A stretch of DNA of 64,000 nucleotides from Deferribacterales bacterium (GTDB lineage: Bacteria; Chrysiogenota; Deferribacteres; Deferribacterales; Geovibrionaceae). Below the pieces are notes generated by a model. It was not told where the DNA came from, made no database searches, and saw only the letters and a program-made list of their open reading frames with translations. The stretch is from NCBI GenBank assembly GCA_050253075.1, contig JBFWJS010000002.1, positions 480,001 through 544,000 of the forward strand, read 5' to 3'. Numbering within the stretch: the stretch's first letter is position 1; the number at the start of each line of letters is the position of its first letter. The position numbers were made by a program, and so were the translations under genes. Below, piece by piece: positions 10,063 to 21,275 of this stretch.

Positions 10063-11332
10063 AGATGACACCACGCTGAACAGAGTTTTAAAACGTGCGA
10101 TAGAAAAACACTATTCCATCACAGCTTTCACCTCCCCCGTATCTGCCATGGAATACCTCTCCGAAAACAGCGCAGACATAGTGGTCAGCGACATACGCAT
10201 GCCGGAGCTCACAGGATTCGACGTGCTGGAGAGGGTAAAGGCATCAAACCCCGAAACATACGTGCTCCTCATGACAGGCGAAAGCACCATAGACGAATCC
10301 GTAAAAGCCATTAAAACAGGCGCATTCGACTATATCCCGAAACCAGTAGACACCGAACTGCTGATATATAAACTTCAGATGACCGAAGAGACCATATCTC
10401 TGAAAAATACGGCGGACATACACAGCCGTCCCGACAGCTTTGTCATGGCATCCCAGAGCATAAAGGAGATAGCCCTGCAGGCTCAAAGGGTGGCGAAATC
10501 CGATACGAACGTTATGATAACGGGCGAGACAGGCACGGGAAAGGAAGTGATGGCACGCTACATACATGAAAACAGCGAGCGGAGCAAAAAGATATTTGCT
10601 GCTATCAACTGCTGCAACCTTCAGCCGCACCTGTTCGAGCGTGAGCTCTTCGGACATAAGAAAGGCTCATTCACAGGAGCGGATAAAGACAGCAAGGGTA
10701 TCGTACAGACAGCCTTCGGAGGCACGCTCTTCCTCGACGAGATAGGCGAGATGCCCCTCGACCTTCAGCCGAAATTCCTCAGATTCCTCGAGACAAAGAG
10801 CTTCTACCCTGTCGGTGCATCCCTGCAGGAGACATCCGATGTGCGCATCATAGCAGCCACAAACCGAGACCCTCTCGAGATGGTGGCAAAGGGAACTTTC
10901 AGAGAAGACCTCTACTACAGGCTGAATGTATTCAACATACTGCTCCCTCCGCTGAGAGAGCGAAAAGACGACATCCTCCCGCTGGCAAGCCATTTCATAC
11001 AGAAATACAGGCACATCAACACAGCCGTGACAGGCATAGAAGAAGCCGCCGTGGAGTGTCTGCGTAATTACAACTTCCCCGGGAATATACGCGAACTGTC
11101 GAACATTATCGAAAGAGCTATGATACTGGAACAGACGGATAAGCTCACATGCGCATCGCTGAACCTCGGATGCAGAGTGCAGGACGAAGACATCTCGCTG
11201 GAGACTGTCACCCGAAGACACATAATATCCGTGCTCGACATGTGCGACGGAAACAAACAGCACGCAGCAGAAAAGCTCGGCATAGACGCATCCACCATAT
11301 ACCGCAGGCTGAAAGAATACGGCATAAGCTAA
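10043..11332 (+). CDS. Sigma54-dependent response regulator (NtrC family)
   Basis: REC domain (IEDD..DIRMP..K), [31 protein letters not shown]-terminal Fis HTH. ATG at 10043 follows GGAG. Confidence 0.93.
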   Translation: MKVVLIEDDTTLNRVLKRAIEKHYSITAFTSPVSAMEYLSENSADIVVSDIRMPELTGFDVLERVKASNPETYVLLMTGESTIDESVKAIKTGAFDYIPKPVDTELLIYKLQMTEETISLKNTADIHSRPDSFVMASQSIKEIALQAQRVAKSDTNVMITGETGTGKEVMARYIHENSERSKKIFAAINCCNLQPHLFERELFGHKKGSFTGADKDSKGIVQTAFGGTLFLDEIGEMPLDLQPKFLRFLETKSFYPVGASLQETSDVRIIAATNRDPLEMVAKGTFREDLYYRLNVFNILLPPLRERKDDILPLASHFIQKYRHINTAVTGIEEAAVECLRNYNFPGNIRELSNIIERAMILEQTDKLTCASLNLGCRVQDEDISLETVTRRHIISVLDMCDGNKQHAAEKLGIDASTIYRRLKEYGIS

Positions 11333-11404
11333 GCCGCATTTCTATACCTGCCAAGTCTCTTTATCACTGGTAAATAATAACTTTTCAAAACGGCAAACTA
11401 TTAT

Positions 11405-11453
11405 TTTTGCATTTAGCAAAATATTCTAACGCCTTTTTTGCATTTTGCAAAAA
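11405..11453. promoter_or_regulatory. Two palindromic candidate enhancer (UAS) sites
   Basis: ttttgcatttagcaaaa (11405-11421) and ttttgcattttgcaaaa (11436-11452), 31 bp apart, upstream of a sigma54 promoter. Confidence 0.65.
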
Positions 11454-11489
11454 CCTTAACGAAGATTCAGCTTTACAAGCGTTCATTTC

Positions 11490-11506
11490 AGGCACGCACA
11501 TTGCAT
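11490..11506 (+). promoter_or_regulatory. Sigma54 (-24/-12) promoter of the cytochrome gene
   Basis: aGGCACgcacaTTGCAt matches GGCAC-N5-TTGC with exact GG-N10-GC spacing; adjacent to a sigma54 activator gene. Confidence 0.85.
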
Positions 11507-11554
11507 ATAAAATTGTAGAAGTTTCAACGAATAAATATCCGTCATCTTCAAGAA

Positions 11555-11642
11555 AGGTACAGGACTGTACCTCGCGAAGCGGGAGCCAATGCAGACCAGT
11601 TTGCATTAGGCGACACGAAAAAATAACACGGATGTTATTTTT
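11555..11642 (+). repeat. Family B GGA-loop four-hairpin element, copy B1, in the cytochrome 5' leader
   Basis: aggtac-AGGACT-gtacct cgc-gaa-gcg ggag hairpin cgacacga aaaaataac-ACGGAT-gttattttt. Confidence 0.8.
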
Positions 11643-11674
11643 GAGAAACTTTTCAGTTACAACGGAGGTGTAAA

Positions 11675-13597
11675 GTGCGTAAAGCAATACTTTTAACATT
11701 GATTGCCCTTCTTTCCGTTTCTGCATATGCATACGAGAGCGACTCGACATGCGTACGCTGCCACGGCGATGAGGTAATGATGAAAGAACTCGGATTTCCA
11801 CAGATGTACCTTGACCCTGCTAAGGTAGACGAAGAGGTAAACATGGGCGGAATATCCTGCGTCAGCTGCCACCTGGGCGATAATACAAAGCTGGACAAAG
11901 ACGCTGCCCACGAAGGCATGCCAAGACCATTCTACGCAGCAGTAGGTAAAAATCATAAATATCAGGCTGTCAGCAGAGAGATCACAAACTATGATCCTAT
12001 CCAGCCTAAAGGCACAAACAGAACAAAAGTTCTTATCAGAAAGCCTACAAACGAAGCTATGGCTAAAGAGCAGGGGATAAAAAACATCATCCAGCTCTAC
12101 TACCATGACCACGACCCTGAAACAATGGCATACAACCCTGAGATCGCAAGACAGACCTGCGGTAACTGCCATGAGAAGGAAGTAACAGATTACAACAAAT
12201 CAGGCATGGGACTTAACAAATACCAGAGAGGCTTTACTTCATGGACAGCATCACCTCCCGGACCACAGAACTGCGGTTACTGGTTCGGCGATGAAGCTAA
12301 CTATAAAGAAGTTAAAGGCGAATGCACAAAGCCTGAAGAATATAAAGGCACAATGGCTCAGGCAAGCGGAAGAGGCTGTAACAAGTGTCACGCTTCCTGC
12401 AACGACTGCCACTATGAAGGATATAAGAAATCTGAAGCAAGACATAAATTCACGGCTTCTCCTGATAAACTCTCCTGCTACGGAAGCGGTAAAGGTACTA
12501 TCTGCCACGCCGGTCCTATGGACAGAAGACGTGGAGCCGGTTTCCTCCGTGAAGAGTTCGCTTTCCCTGTGAACGAGCTCCCAAGAGATGCTCACGATGC
12601 AGCAGGTCTTCAGTGCAGCGACTGCCACACATTCAAAGACCACTCATACGGACATCTCGGCTCTGAAGATGCTAAGAAATCCTGCTCTAACTGCCACACA
12701 GAGATCTATGACGCAGTTAAATCAGGCGACCACCAGAATGTAGACTGTACATCATGCCACATTCAGGAAGTCGGCGCTTACCAGTTCACTTTCTGGGGCC
12801 CCGGTAAATCTGAAGGCATGCCTAACAAGTTTACAAAACATAAAGAATTCTACGGCAAACGAGACCAGCCTATGCTTGTGAAACATCCTGAATCAGGCCA
12901 GTGGATACCTCTTAAACCATACCCAATGGGAACAATGGGCATAGGTAAAGATGCTGCTCCTGAAGGTCTTAAGCTGAGAACTATCGAAAAAACAGAAGTA
13001 AAAGGCATCACCAAAATAGGCGAGCCTGAGAGCTTTGTTGTTGAGCGTAAAGCTGACCAGGTGAACGATATGTACATCATCACAGGTACACACGAAGGCT
13101 TCGAAACAAACGATAAGATGCTCGCTTGGATCCAGATGGACAAGATGTCTCACTCTGTAGGCAAAGCAAGAGACTGCGACAGCTGTCACTCTTCACACGA
13201 GCAGAACTTTACATCATGGTACACATACCAGAACGCTAACGATGTGAAAAAACCTTTCTTCGGCTCTTACACTATGAAAGCAGGAAAAGACGGTATCACA
13301 TTCGACAATTTCACAAACTCTGAGATAGTGCTCGCTGACGGCAGAAAGGTAAGCGACTTTGCTCCTTTCATCATCAACAACACACTCTGGAACGTGAAAG
13401 GCATCGACTTCGAACTGAAGTTCGACGACAAAAAATATGCTGAAGGCAAAGCAGAATATCTGCAGCTTTCCGCTAAACTGCATCACCTCATCAGCAAAGA
13501 GAAAGATGCTGCTAAGAAAGAAAAGCTCCAGCTCATCAAAACAGTGATGAACCACAACGTGGCTTACGCTAAAAAGATGCTCAAAGAGCTTAAGTAA
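11675..13597 (+). CDS. Exported multiheme cytochrome c (9 CxxCH plus one CX8CH)
   Basis: Sec signal peptide ending AYA; CVRCH, CVSCH, CGNCH, CNKCH, CNDCH, CSDCH, CSNCH, CTSCH, CDSCH, and CYGSGKGTICH; GTG start with GGAGG. Confidence 0.92.
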   Translation: MRKAILLTLIALLSVSAYAYESDSTCVRCHGDEVMMKELGFPQMYLDPAKVDEEVNMGGISCVSCHLGDNTKLDKDAAHEGMPRPFYAAVGKNHKYQAVSREITNYDPIQPKGTNRTKVLIRKPTNEAMAKEQGIKNIIQLYYHDHDPETMAYNPEIARQTCGNCHEKEVTDYNKSGMGLNKYQRGFTSWTASPPGPQNCGYWFGDEANYKEVKGECTKPEEYKGTMAQASGRGCNKCHASCNDCHYEGYKKSEARHKFTASPDKLSCYGSGKGTICHAGPMDRRRGAGFLREEFAFPVNELPRDAHDAAGLQCSDCHTFKDHSYGHLGSEDAKKSCSNCHTEIYDAVKSGDHQNVDCTSCHIQEVGAYQFTFWGPGKSEGMPNKFTKHKEFYGKRDQPMLVKHPESGQWIPLKPYPMGTMGIGKDAAPEGLKLRTIEKTEVKGITKIGEPESFVVERKADQVNDMYIITGTHEGFETNDKMLAWIQMDKMSHSVGKARDCDSCHSSHEQNFTSWYTYQNANDVKKPFFGSYTMKAGKDGITFDNFTNSEIVLADGRKVSDFAPFIINNTLWNVKGIDFELKFDDKKYAEGKAEYLQLSAKLHHLISKEKDAAKKEKLQLIKTVMNHNVAYAKKMLKELK

Positions 13598-13659
13598 TAT
13601 TGTGAGATAACTAACAAGATAGAAAGAGTACGCAAGTACAGACCTCACACACACTGAAC

Positions 13660-13689
13660 GGGGCAGCCTTTTGGCTGCCCTTTTCTTTT
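13660..13689 (+). terminator. Rho-independent terminator
   Basis: gggcagcc-tttt-ggctgccc followed by ttttctttt. Confidence 0.85.
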
Positions 13690-13731
13690 CTGTAATACTT
13701 AGCCTGTATTCAGGCGTAATGACCCAATATT

Positions 13732-14901
13732 TTACTTAATAACCTTATAGAGAGTGTCGGTGACCCGCTGGACATCTTCGTCCGTCATAGCGGGGTATAT
13801 AGGTATGGAGAAGCATCTGTCGTAATACTTCATAGCCGTCGGCAGGTTGTTCATGCTGTAGCCCTTTTCTGCATAGTAAGGCAGCATAGGCACAGGGATA
13901 TAGTGCATCTGCAGCCCTATCCCCTCCTCACGCATTCTGTTGAAGAGCTCCGCACGTGTAATGGCGAGGCTGTCGAAATATGTCTGGACAACATAAAGGT
14001 GATAAGCACTCCGCCTGTCGTAGTCGTACAGAGGCATGAATGAGCCCTTTGATGCGAATACTGCGTCATATCCTTGTGCTATCTCCCTGCGCCGCTCCAC
14101 AAAGCCGTCCAGCCGCTTCATCTGTGAAACACCTAGAGCGCACTGAAAGTCTGTGATGCGGTAATTAAAGCCCAGATCCTGCATCTCGTAATACCACGGA
14201 TTCAGATTCCCGTGGGTATCGTATGCCAGATTTTTATATTGGAATTCGTCTTTATCTTTTGTAATGCCGTGTGTGCGGAGAGCCTGTACCTTTCTGTGCA
14301 GTTTTTCGCTGTTGGTTGTTATCGCTCCGCCCTCGCCTGTCGTCACATGCTTCACCGGGTGAAAGGAGAGTATAGACATGTCAGACGATGTACAGCCGCC
14401 AGCCATGTGTCCGCCGAATTCCGCACCGAGGGAGTGTGCGCAGTCTTCCACCACGCCCAGATCGAATACTTCTTTCAGCTGTTTCAGTTTGTCCTGATCC
14501 ACGGGTCTGCCTGTCATATGGGTCACAAATATATGCCTGATATCGTCATCTGCACGCAAAAGGTCGACACACATGTCGAAGTCCATGTTCCCTTCGGGCT
14601 CTATATCTACAAATACGGGGATGCCCCCTGCATAGAGTACGGCATTGGCCGTGGCGGCAAATGTTATAGGAGAGACGAGCACCTTCTCGCCCGGCTTAAT
14701 GAGGGCAAGCGCAGCAAGGTGCAGGGCAGCAGTACCGCTGGAAACGGCAGTGGCGTATATTGCACCCGTATATTCGGATATCTCGTGCTCGAAACGCTCG
14801 ACAGCGGGGCCTGTCGTCAGAAAGTCGGAGCGCAAAGCCTCCACAACAGCGTCAATGTCGCTCTGGTCTATGCTCTGTTTTCCGTATGGGATGAACTTCA
14901 T
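13732..14901 (-). CDS. pseC: UDP-4-amino-4,6-dideoxy-N-acetyl-beta-L-altrosamine transaminase
   Basis: IPYGKQSID, FLTTGP, SFHPVKHVTTGEGG (PLP lysine), WYYEMQDLGFNYR. Confidence 0.9.
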   Translation of the reverse strand: MKFIPYGKQSIDQSDIDAVVEALRSDFLTTGPAVERFEHEISEYTGAIYATAVSSGTAALHLAALALIKPGEKVLVSPITFAATANAVLYAGGIPVFVDIEPEGNMDFDMCVDLLRADDDIRHIFVTHMTGRPVDQDKLKQLKEVFDLGVVEDCAHSLGAEFGGHMAGGCTSSDMSILSFHPVKHVTTGEGGAITTNSEKLHRKVQALRTHGITKDKDEFQYKNLAYDTHGNLNPWYYEMQDLGFNYRITDFQCALGVSQMKRLDGFVERRREIAQGYDAVFASKGSFMPLYDYDRRSAYHLYVVQTYFDSLAITRAELFNRMREEGIGLQMHYIPVPMLPYYAEKGYSMNNLPTAMKYYDRCFSIPIYPAMTDEDVQRVTDTLYKVIK

Positions 14902-16937
<2,036 letters not shown>

Positions 16938-16945
<8 letters not shown>

Positions 16946-17495
16946 ATCTACCTCTGTATTCCCTTTCCAGCATGCTCATGATGAGCACGTTTTCGTATAT
17001 ACCCTGTTTAGAATACACCTCTCGGAGCACTCCGTCAGTCTTAAATCCGAACTTCTCGTAAAATCTGATGGCTCGTTCGTTTGATTCCAGCACCTCGAGC
17101 CTCAGCGAGTGAAACTCCATAGCGTCGAACACTATCTTACATATCGCATGCATGAGTGTCTGCCCTGCGCCTTTTATTGCTTCATCGGGTCTGGCGTATA
17201 TGCCGAGGAATGCCGATTTATTCCTATAGTCTGCCTCGGTCACGGCGATGGAGCCTATGTATGTGCCCTCTCTTATCACGATGAAGTAGAACCTGTCTTC
17301 ACGCCCTTCAAGCCCTCTGGCGTATTCTAGGTGTTCTGAGACCTTTATCTCGTCGGTGGTGAACATGAACTTGCGTATCTCGGGGTCATTCCGCCAGTCG
17401 AGCACCATTAGCAGTTCGTCGTCCGATGCGGAGCAGTAGCTCTTTATCGCTACGCCTTCCATGCTGAATTTTGAGAGTATATCTGCTGCTTTCAT
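16938..17495 (-). CDS. pseH: GNAT N-acetyltransferase of the pseudaminic acid pathway
   Basis: WRNDPEIRKFM, LEVLESNERAIRFYEKFGF; pse context. Confidence 0.8.
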
Positions 17496-18310
17496 CTGTT
17501 CTCATCCAGTATATCTGCGGCTCTGTGCAGCTCCTGAAGGCGGAGCATGCTCACACCTGCGTCGATCTCGTCGTTTATGTTTTCGTATACCTTCTTCTGC
17601 ACTACATTTTCATTTATGATGCCTATCCATCTCTTTTCTCTGAACAGGCGCATTATCTCCGCATAGCCGAAGAACTCGTTCTCTTTATACAGGCTGTCGT
17701 AAACGGCACACAAAGCTGCATAATCCTCCGGTCTGTCCAGAGTGATGCGTATCTCCGCCCCTCCGCATACGGATGGCTGATAGGACATCTTTCTGAATCC
17801 GCCGTTTATTATGTACGGGGTCACATGCTCCCTCTCGTGCTTTGCCTCTGCTTCCTCGTGGGCTTTTTTCAATGCTTCAAAGGTGAAGACCTCTGCATCC
17901 AGCCCGTGGGGGAATATCCTCGGGTGCACATTGGACATGTAGTCCGCATTTTCAAACTTTCTCAGCATGTCGTCTATGATATCTGAGTCTATGCACGGGC
18001 AGTCGCTCGTCACCCTGACGACGACATCCACGCCGAATTTATTCGCGGCACCGTAATATCTGCTGAGCACATCGTCCATGCTCCCTCTGAAAAAGCTGAC
18101 TCCCGCCTCTTCGCAAAGGGCTGCCACGGCATCGTCCTCGGGGTGGTCTGTTGTCGCTATTATCACTTCATCCAGCATCACACAGCGTCTGAGGCGCTTT
18201 ATCACCTGATGCAGAGCTGTCTCTGAACCGCCGTAGGGGAGAGCTTTCAGTATCTTCCCGGGGAGCCTTGTGGAGGCATATCTTGCCTGTACTATCGCAG
18301 CTGTTTTCAT
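17492..18310 (-). CDS. SpsF-like nonulosonate cytidylyltransferase (PseF role inferred)
   Basis: IVQARYASTRLPGK, RGSMDDVLSRY, RVTSDCP, REHVTPYI, RITLD. Confidence 0.8.
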   Translation of the reverse strand: MKTAAIVQARYASTRLPGKILKALPYGGSETALHQVIKRLRRCVMLDEVIIATTDHPEDDAVAALCEEAGVSFFRGSMDDVLSRYYGAANKFGVDVVVRVTSDCPCIDSDIIDDMLRKFENADYMSNVHPRIFPHGLDAEVFTFEALKKAHEEAEAKHEREHVTPYIINGGFRKMSYQPSVCGGAEIRITLDRPEDYAALCAVYDSLYKENEFFGYAEIMRLFREKRWIGIINENVVQKKVYENINDEIDAGVSMLRLQELHRAADILDENR

Positions 18311-18452
18311 ATGGTTACCCGCTTGTTTGATATTACATTTATAATAATCGGATTTTCCATCAAAGTATTAAGCCCCCCACGCTTAAAAGTGCTTGAAACA
18401 ATCATACAGGGGAGTAATATAAAGACTATATTATTTTTATGGGGTTTTTAAA

Positions 18453-19031
18453 ATGCAGATAGACGCTAGAGGGATGGCTTGCCCGCAGCCCGTCCTGTTG
18501 ATCAAAGCTGAACTTGAAAAGATCGAAGAAGGAGTTGTCACCATTCTGGTAGACAATAAAGGCTCCAGCATAAACGTCAAAAACTTTTGTGAAGCAAACG
18601 GGCACACTGTAAGTGTCACAGAGTTCGACGGATATTACAAAATAGACGCAGCCAAAGGATACGACTGCGCCATAGCCGAGGAGAAGTCCGCAGACGAAAA
18701 TATAGTGGTCTTCATCAGCACAGAGTGCATCGGCTCCGAAGAGGTCGAACTGGGCAAAATGCTCATGAAAGGCTTCATCGGAAACATTAAAAATCTGGAC
18801 GTAAAGCCAAAGACAATTATATTCGTTAACAACAGCGTGAAGATGCTTACGCTGAACGAAGAGACCATTAAGCTGGTGAATGAGATAGAGGAGCTCGGCA
18901 TAGAGGTTCTCGCTTGCGGTGCATGTCTCGAATACTTCGGCATAGTGGACAAGCTCGCCGCAGGTAAGGTGACAGACGCACTCACCGTCGGCAACAAACT
19001 GTTCAACGCTGACAAGATAGTCAGACTGTAA
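18453..19031 (+). CDS. yedF: Sulfurtransferase-like selenium metabolism protein (TusA + DsrE domains)
   Basis: DARGMACPQP; ELGKMLMKGF; ACGACLEYFG. Confidence 0.85.
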   Translation: MQIDARGMACPQPVLLIKAELEKIEEGVVTILVDNKGSSINVKNFCEANGHTVSVTEFDGYYKIDAAKGYDCAIAEEKSADENIVVFISTECIGSEEVELGKMLMKGFIGNIKNLDVKPKTIIFVNNSVKMLTLNEETIKLVNEIEELGIEVLACGACLEYFGIVDKLAAGKVTDALTVGNKLFNADKIVRL

Positions 19032-19043
19032 AGGAGCTGAAAT

Positions 19044-19700
19044 ATATTTCCGTTAAAGGACTCGATACCTTCGTCGACATTCCCTTTTGTCAACTGGGCT
19101 ATCATACTGGTTAACGTTTTCGTATTCATGACAATGCTTAAGATGCCTCCCCAGCAGGAGCACGCATTCATCTTCGAGTACGGGCTGATACCTAAGAGGC
19201 TTTTTGTGGAGAACTCGATGCTGACGGCGGCAGACAGATACCTGCCCATACTCTCATCTATGTTCATGCACGGCGGATTTATGCATATAATAGGCAACAT
19301 GTACTTCCTGTTCATCTTCGGCGATAATGTCGAGGACAAGCTGGGGCATGTCAGATATCTGTTCATATACATTATGTTCGGGCTGGCTGCTGCCGCTTCA
19401 CAGGTTATCATGTTCCCTGACTCTGTCATACCCATGGTCGGCGCCAGCGGTGCCGTTGCGGGGGTGATGGGGGCTTACTTGGTGTTTTATCCTCATGCAA
19501 AGGTTAAGACGCTCATAATTATTATTATTTTTATAACAGTGGCGAATATTCCTGCTTTCATCTTCCTGCTCTTATGGTTTCTGTTTCAATTCCTGAACGG
19601 AACAGGCGCAGGGAACGGCGGTGTGGCCTGGTGGGCTCATATCGGCGGATTCGTAGCGGGGCTAGTATATGCAATTTACTTTCTCCGAAAGAGAATTTGA
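19044..19700 (+). CDS. Rhomboid family intramembrane serine protease (probable ATA start)
   Basis: MFMHGGFMHIIGNM, GASG, WWAHIGG. The family-like N-terminus xFPLKDSIPS starts at ATA 19044 after AAGGAG; the first ATG is at 19128. Confidence 0.88.
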   Translation: MFPLKDSIPSSTFPFVNWAIILVNVFVFMTMLKMPPQQEHAFIFEYGLIPKRLFVENSMLTAADRYLPILSSMFMHGGFMHIIGNMYFLFIFGDNVEDKLGHVRYLFIYIMFGLAAAASQVIMFPDSVIPMVGASGAVAGVMGAYLVFYPHAKVKTLIIIIIFITVANIPAFIFLLLWFLFQFLNGTGAGNGGVAWWAHIGGFVAGLVYAIYFLRKRI

Positions 19701-19714
19701 AACGGAGCTGATTT

Positions 19715-19942
19715 ATGTGTTTAGGTTTTCCAGGAAAGATTTTAGAAAAAGATGAATTCGGCGCAATAGTCGACATCGGCGGTACAAAGAGGGACGTATC
19801 TACCATGATACTCCCCGACGAAGTAGAGGTAGGCGACTGGGTGATGGTTCACGCAGGGATGGCTATCGCAAAGATGGACCCCGAAGAGGCGCAGAAGACA
19901 CTTCAGGTTTTAAGGGAATTCGCAGATGGCATTGATGATTGA
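19715..19942 (+). CDS. hypC: Hydrogenase maturation chaperone
   Basis: MCLGFPGK, VGDWVMVHAGMAI. Confidence 0.92.
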   Translation: MCLGFPGKILEKDEFGAIVDIGGTKRDVSTMILPDEVEVGDWVMVHAGMAIAKMDPEEAQKTLQVLREFADGIDD

Positions 19943-21008
19943 TGATTTCAGAGATGCCGAGCTTTGTAAAAAGCTGATAGCAAAGATTGAAAAAGAGGCA
20001 GTGAAAGACTGCTACCGCTTTATGGAAGTGTGCGGAAGCCATACCATGGCGATAGCTAAATTCGGCATTAAAAGCATACTGCCAAAGAATATAGACCTCA
20101 TATCCGGCCCGGGATGCCCCGTGTGCGTCACTCCACAGTGTGAGATAGACGCCCTGTTCGACATAGCATCCGGAGGAGCCGTGATAGCGACATTCGGCGA
20201 TATGATGCGTGTGCCCGGTGCAGACGGGCAGAACCTGCAGAAGATGAAATCCGCAGGGGCAGACGTGCGCATAGTATTCTCCCCGCTTGATACACTTAAG
20301 ATAGCGAAAGAGACCGATAAGGAAGTGGTCTTCGTCGGCATCGGCTTTGAAACCACAGCCCCAGCCGTCGCAGGGCTCGCACTCATGGCTAAAAAAGGCG
20401 GATATAAGAATGTCAGCATCACACCGTATAACAAGACAATGCCCGAGGTTCTCTCTCTGATACTCTCAGACGACAACCTTAAGATAAACGGATTCGTATG
20501 CCCCGGTCATGTGACAGCCGTCACAGGCATAGGGCTCTACGACCCTGTCGTTGCGCAGGGGATGTCTGCCGTTGTCACAGGTTTCGAGCCTGTGGACATA
20601 CTCAGCTCCATCCTCGAAATGGTGCGTCAGGTCAATACCGGCGATTACAAGGCGATGAACATGTATTCACGTGTGGTATCCGACGAAGGGAACGAAAAGG
20701 CCCGTCAGGTGATAGACACTGTTTATGAAAAGCAAGGCTGCTGGTGGCGTGGCATAGGCTTCATCGAAGACAGCGGACTCGCCTTCCGTAAGGAATACGA
20801 AGAATTCGACGCTTTCAAAAGATTTAACGTCAATCTCGAAGGGGACGACGAGATAGCAGGATGCTCCTGCGGAGACGTTCTGAAAGGATATATAAAGCCG
20901 AACGAGTGCGCTCTTTTCGGCTCTGCCTGCACCCCCGTAAACCCCGTTGGACCATGCATGGTCTCCTCCGAGGGCGCATGTGCGGCAGCATATAAATACG
21001 GCATATAA
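19926..21008 (+). CDS. hypD: Hydrogenase maturation protein
   Basis: MEVCGSHT, SGPGCPVCV, GIGFETT, PGHV, GPCMVSSEGACAA. Confidence 0.95.
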   Translation: MALMIDDFRDAELCKKLIAKIEKEAVKDCYRFMEVCGSHTMAIAKFGIKSILPKNIDLISGPGCPVCVTPQCEIDALFDIASGGAVIATFGDMMRVPGADGQNLQKMKSAGADVRIVFSPLDTLKIAKETDKEVVFVGIGFETTAPAVAGLALMAKKGGYKNVSITPYNKTMPEVLSLILSDDNLKINGFVCPGHVTAVTGIGLYDPVVAQGMSAVVTGFEPVDILSSILEMVRQVNTGDYKAMNMYSRVVSDEGNEKARQVIDTVYEKQGCWWRGIGFIEDSGLAFRKEYEEFDAFKRFNVNLEGDDEIAGCSCGDVLKGYIKPNECALFGSACTPVNPVGPCMVSSEGACAAAYKYGI

Positions 21009-21098
21009 GGCGCAGGATGCGCCTCACGAAGTGGGAGTGAGATTGGATGTATTCAATCGAAACGACCCGAATTAATTTTTCATGGACGAAAAATTAAT
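21008..21098 (+). repeat. Family B element, copy B2, abutting the hypD stop
   Basis: aggcgc-AGGAT-gcgcct cac-gaa-gtg ggag hairpin cgacccga attaatttttc-ATGGAC-gaaaaattaat; a partial second copy lies at 21123-21142. Confidence 0.85.
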
Positions 21099-21152
21099 AG
21101 TGACAAATAAATACGGAATATAAGGCACACGATGTGCCTCACTAAATATTAA

Positions 21153-21258
21153 GTCATCCTGAATGACTAGCCGCAGGCTGTACGAATCTATTATGGATCA
21201 ATAGATGAGTAAATGAAGGATCTGAAACTTTCAGATTCTTCGCAAAGCTCAGAATGAC
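21153..21258. repeat. Family A palindrome with an internal insert
   Basis: gtcatcctga..[atctatt-ATGGATC-aatagat]..gaaggatct..agattcttcg..ctcagaatgac. Confidence 0.85.
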
Positions 21259-21275
21259 GAGAGACGGAGACATAT

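Noticed and set aside
11530..11645. Known riboswitch (c-di-GMP, Moco) in the cytochrome leader
   Set aside because: No diagnostic consensus seen; the structure matches repeat family B found at three other loci.
11407..11673. 88-aa ORF upstream of the cytochrome
   Set aside because: It runs through the UAS, the sigma54 promoter and repeat B1, and has no SD.
18453..19031. Selenocysteine recoding in yedF
   Set aside because: The active-site position is Cys (TGC) and there is no internal in-frame TGA.
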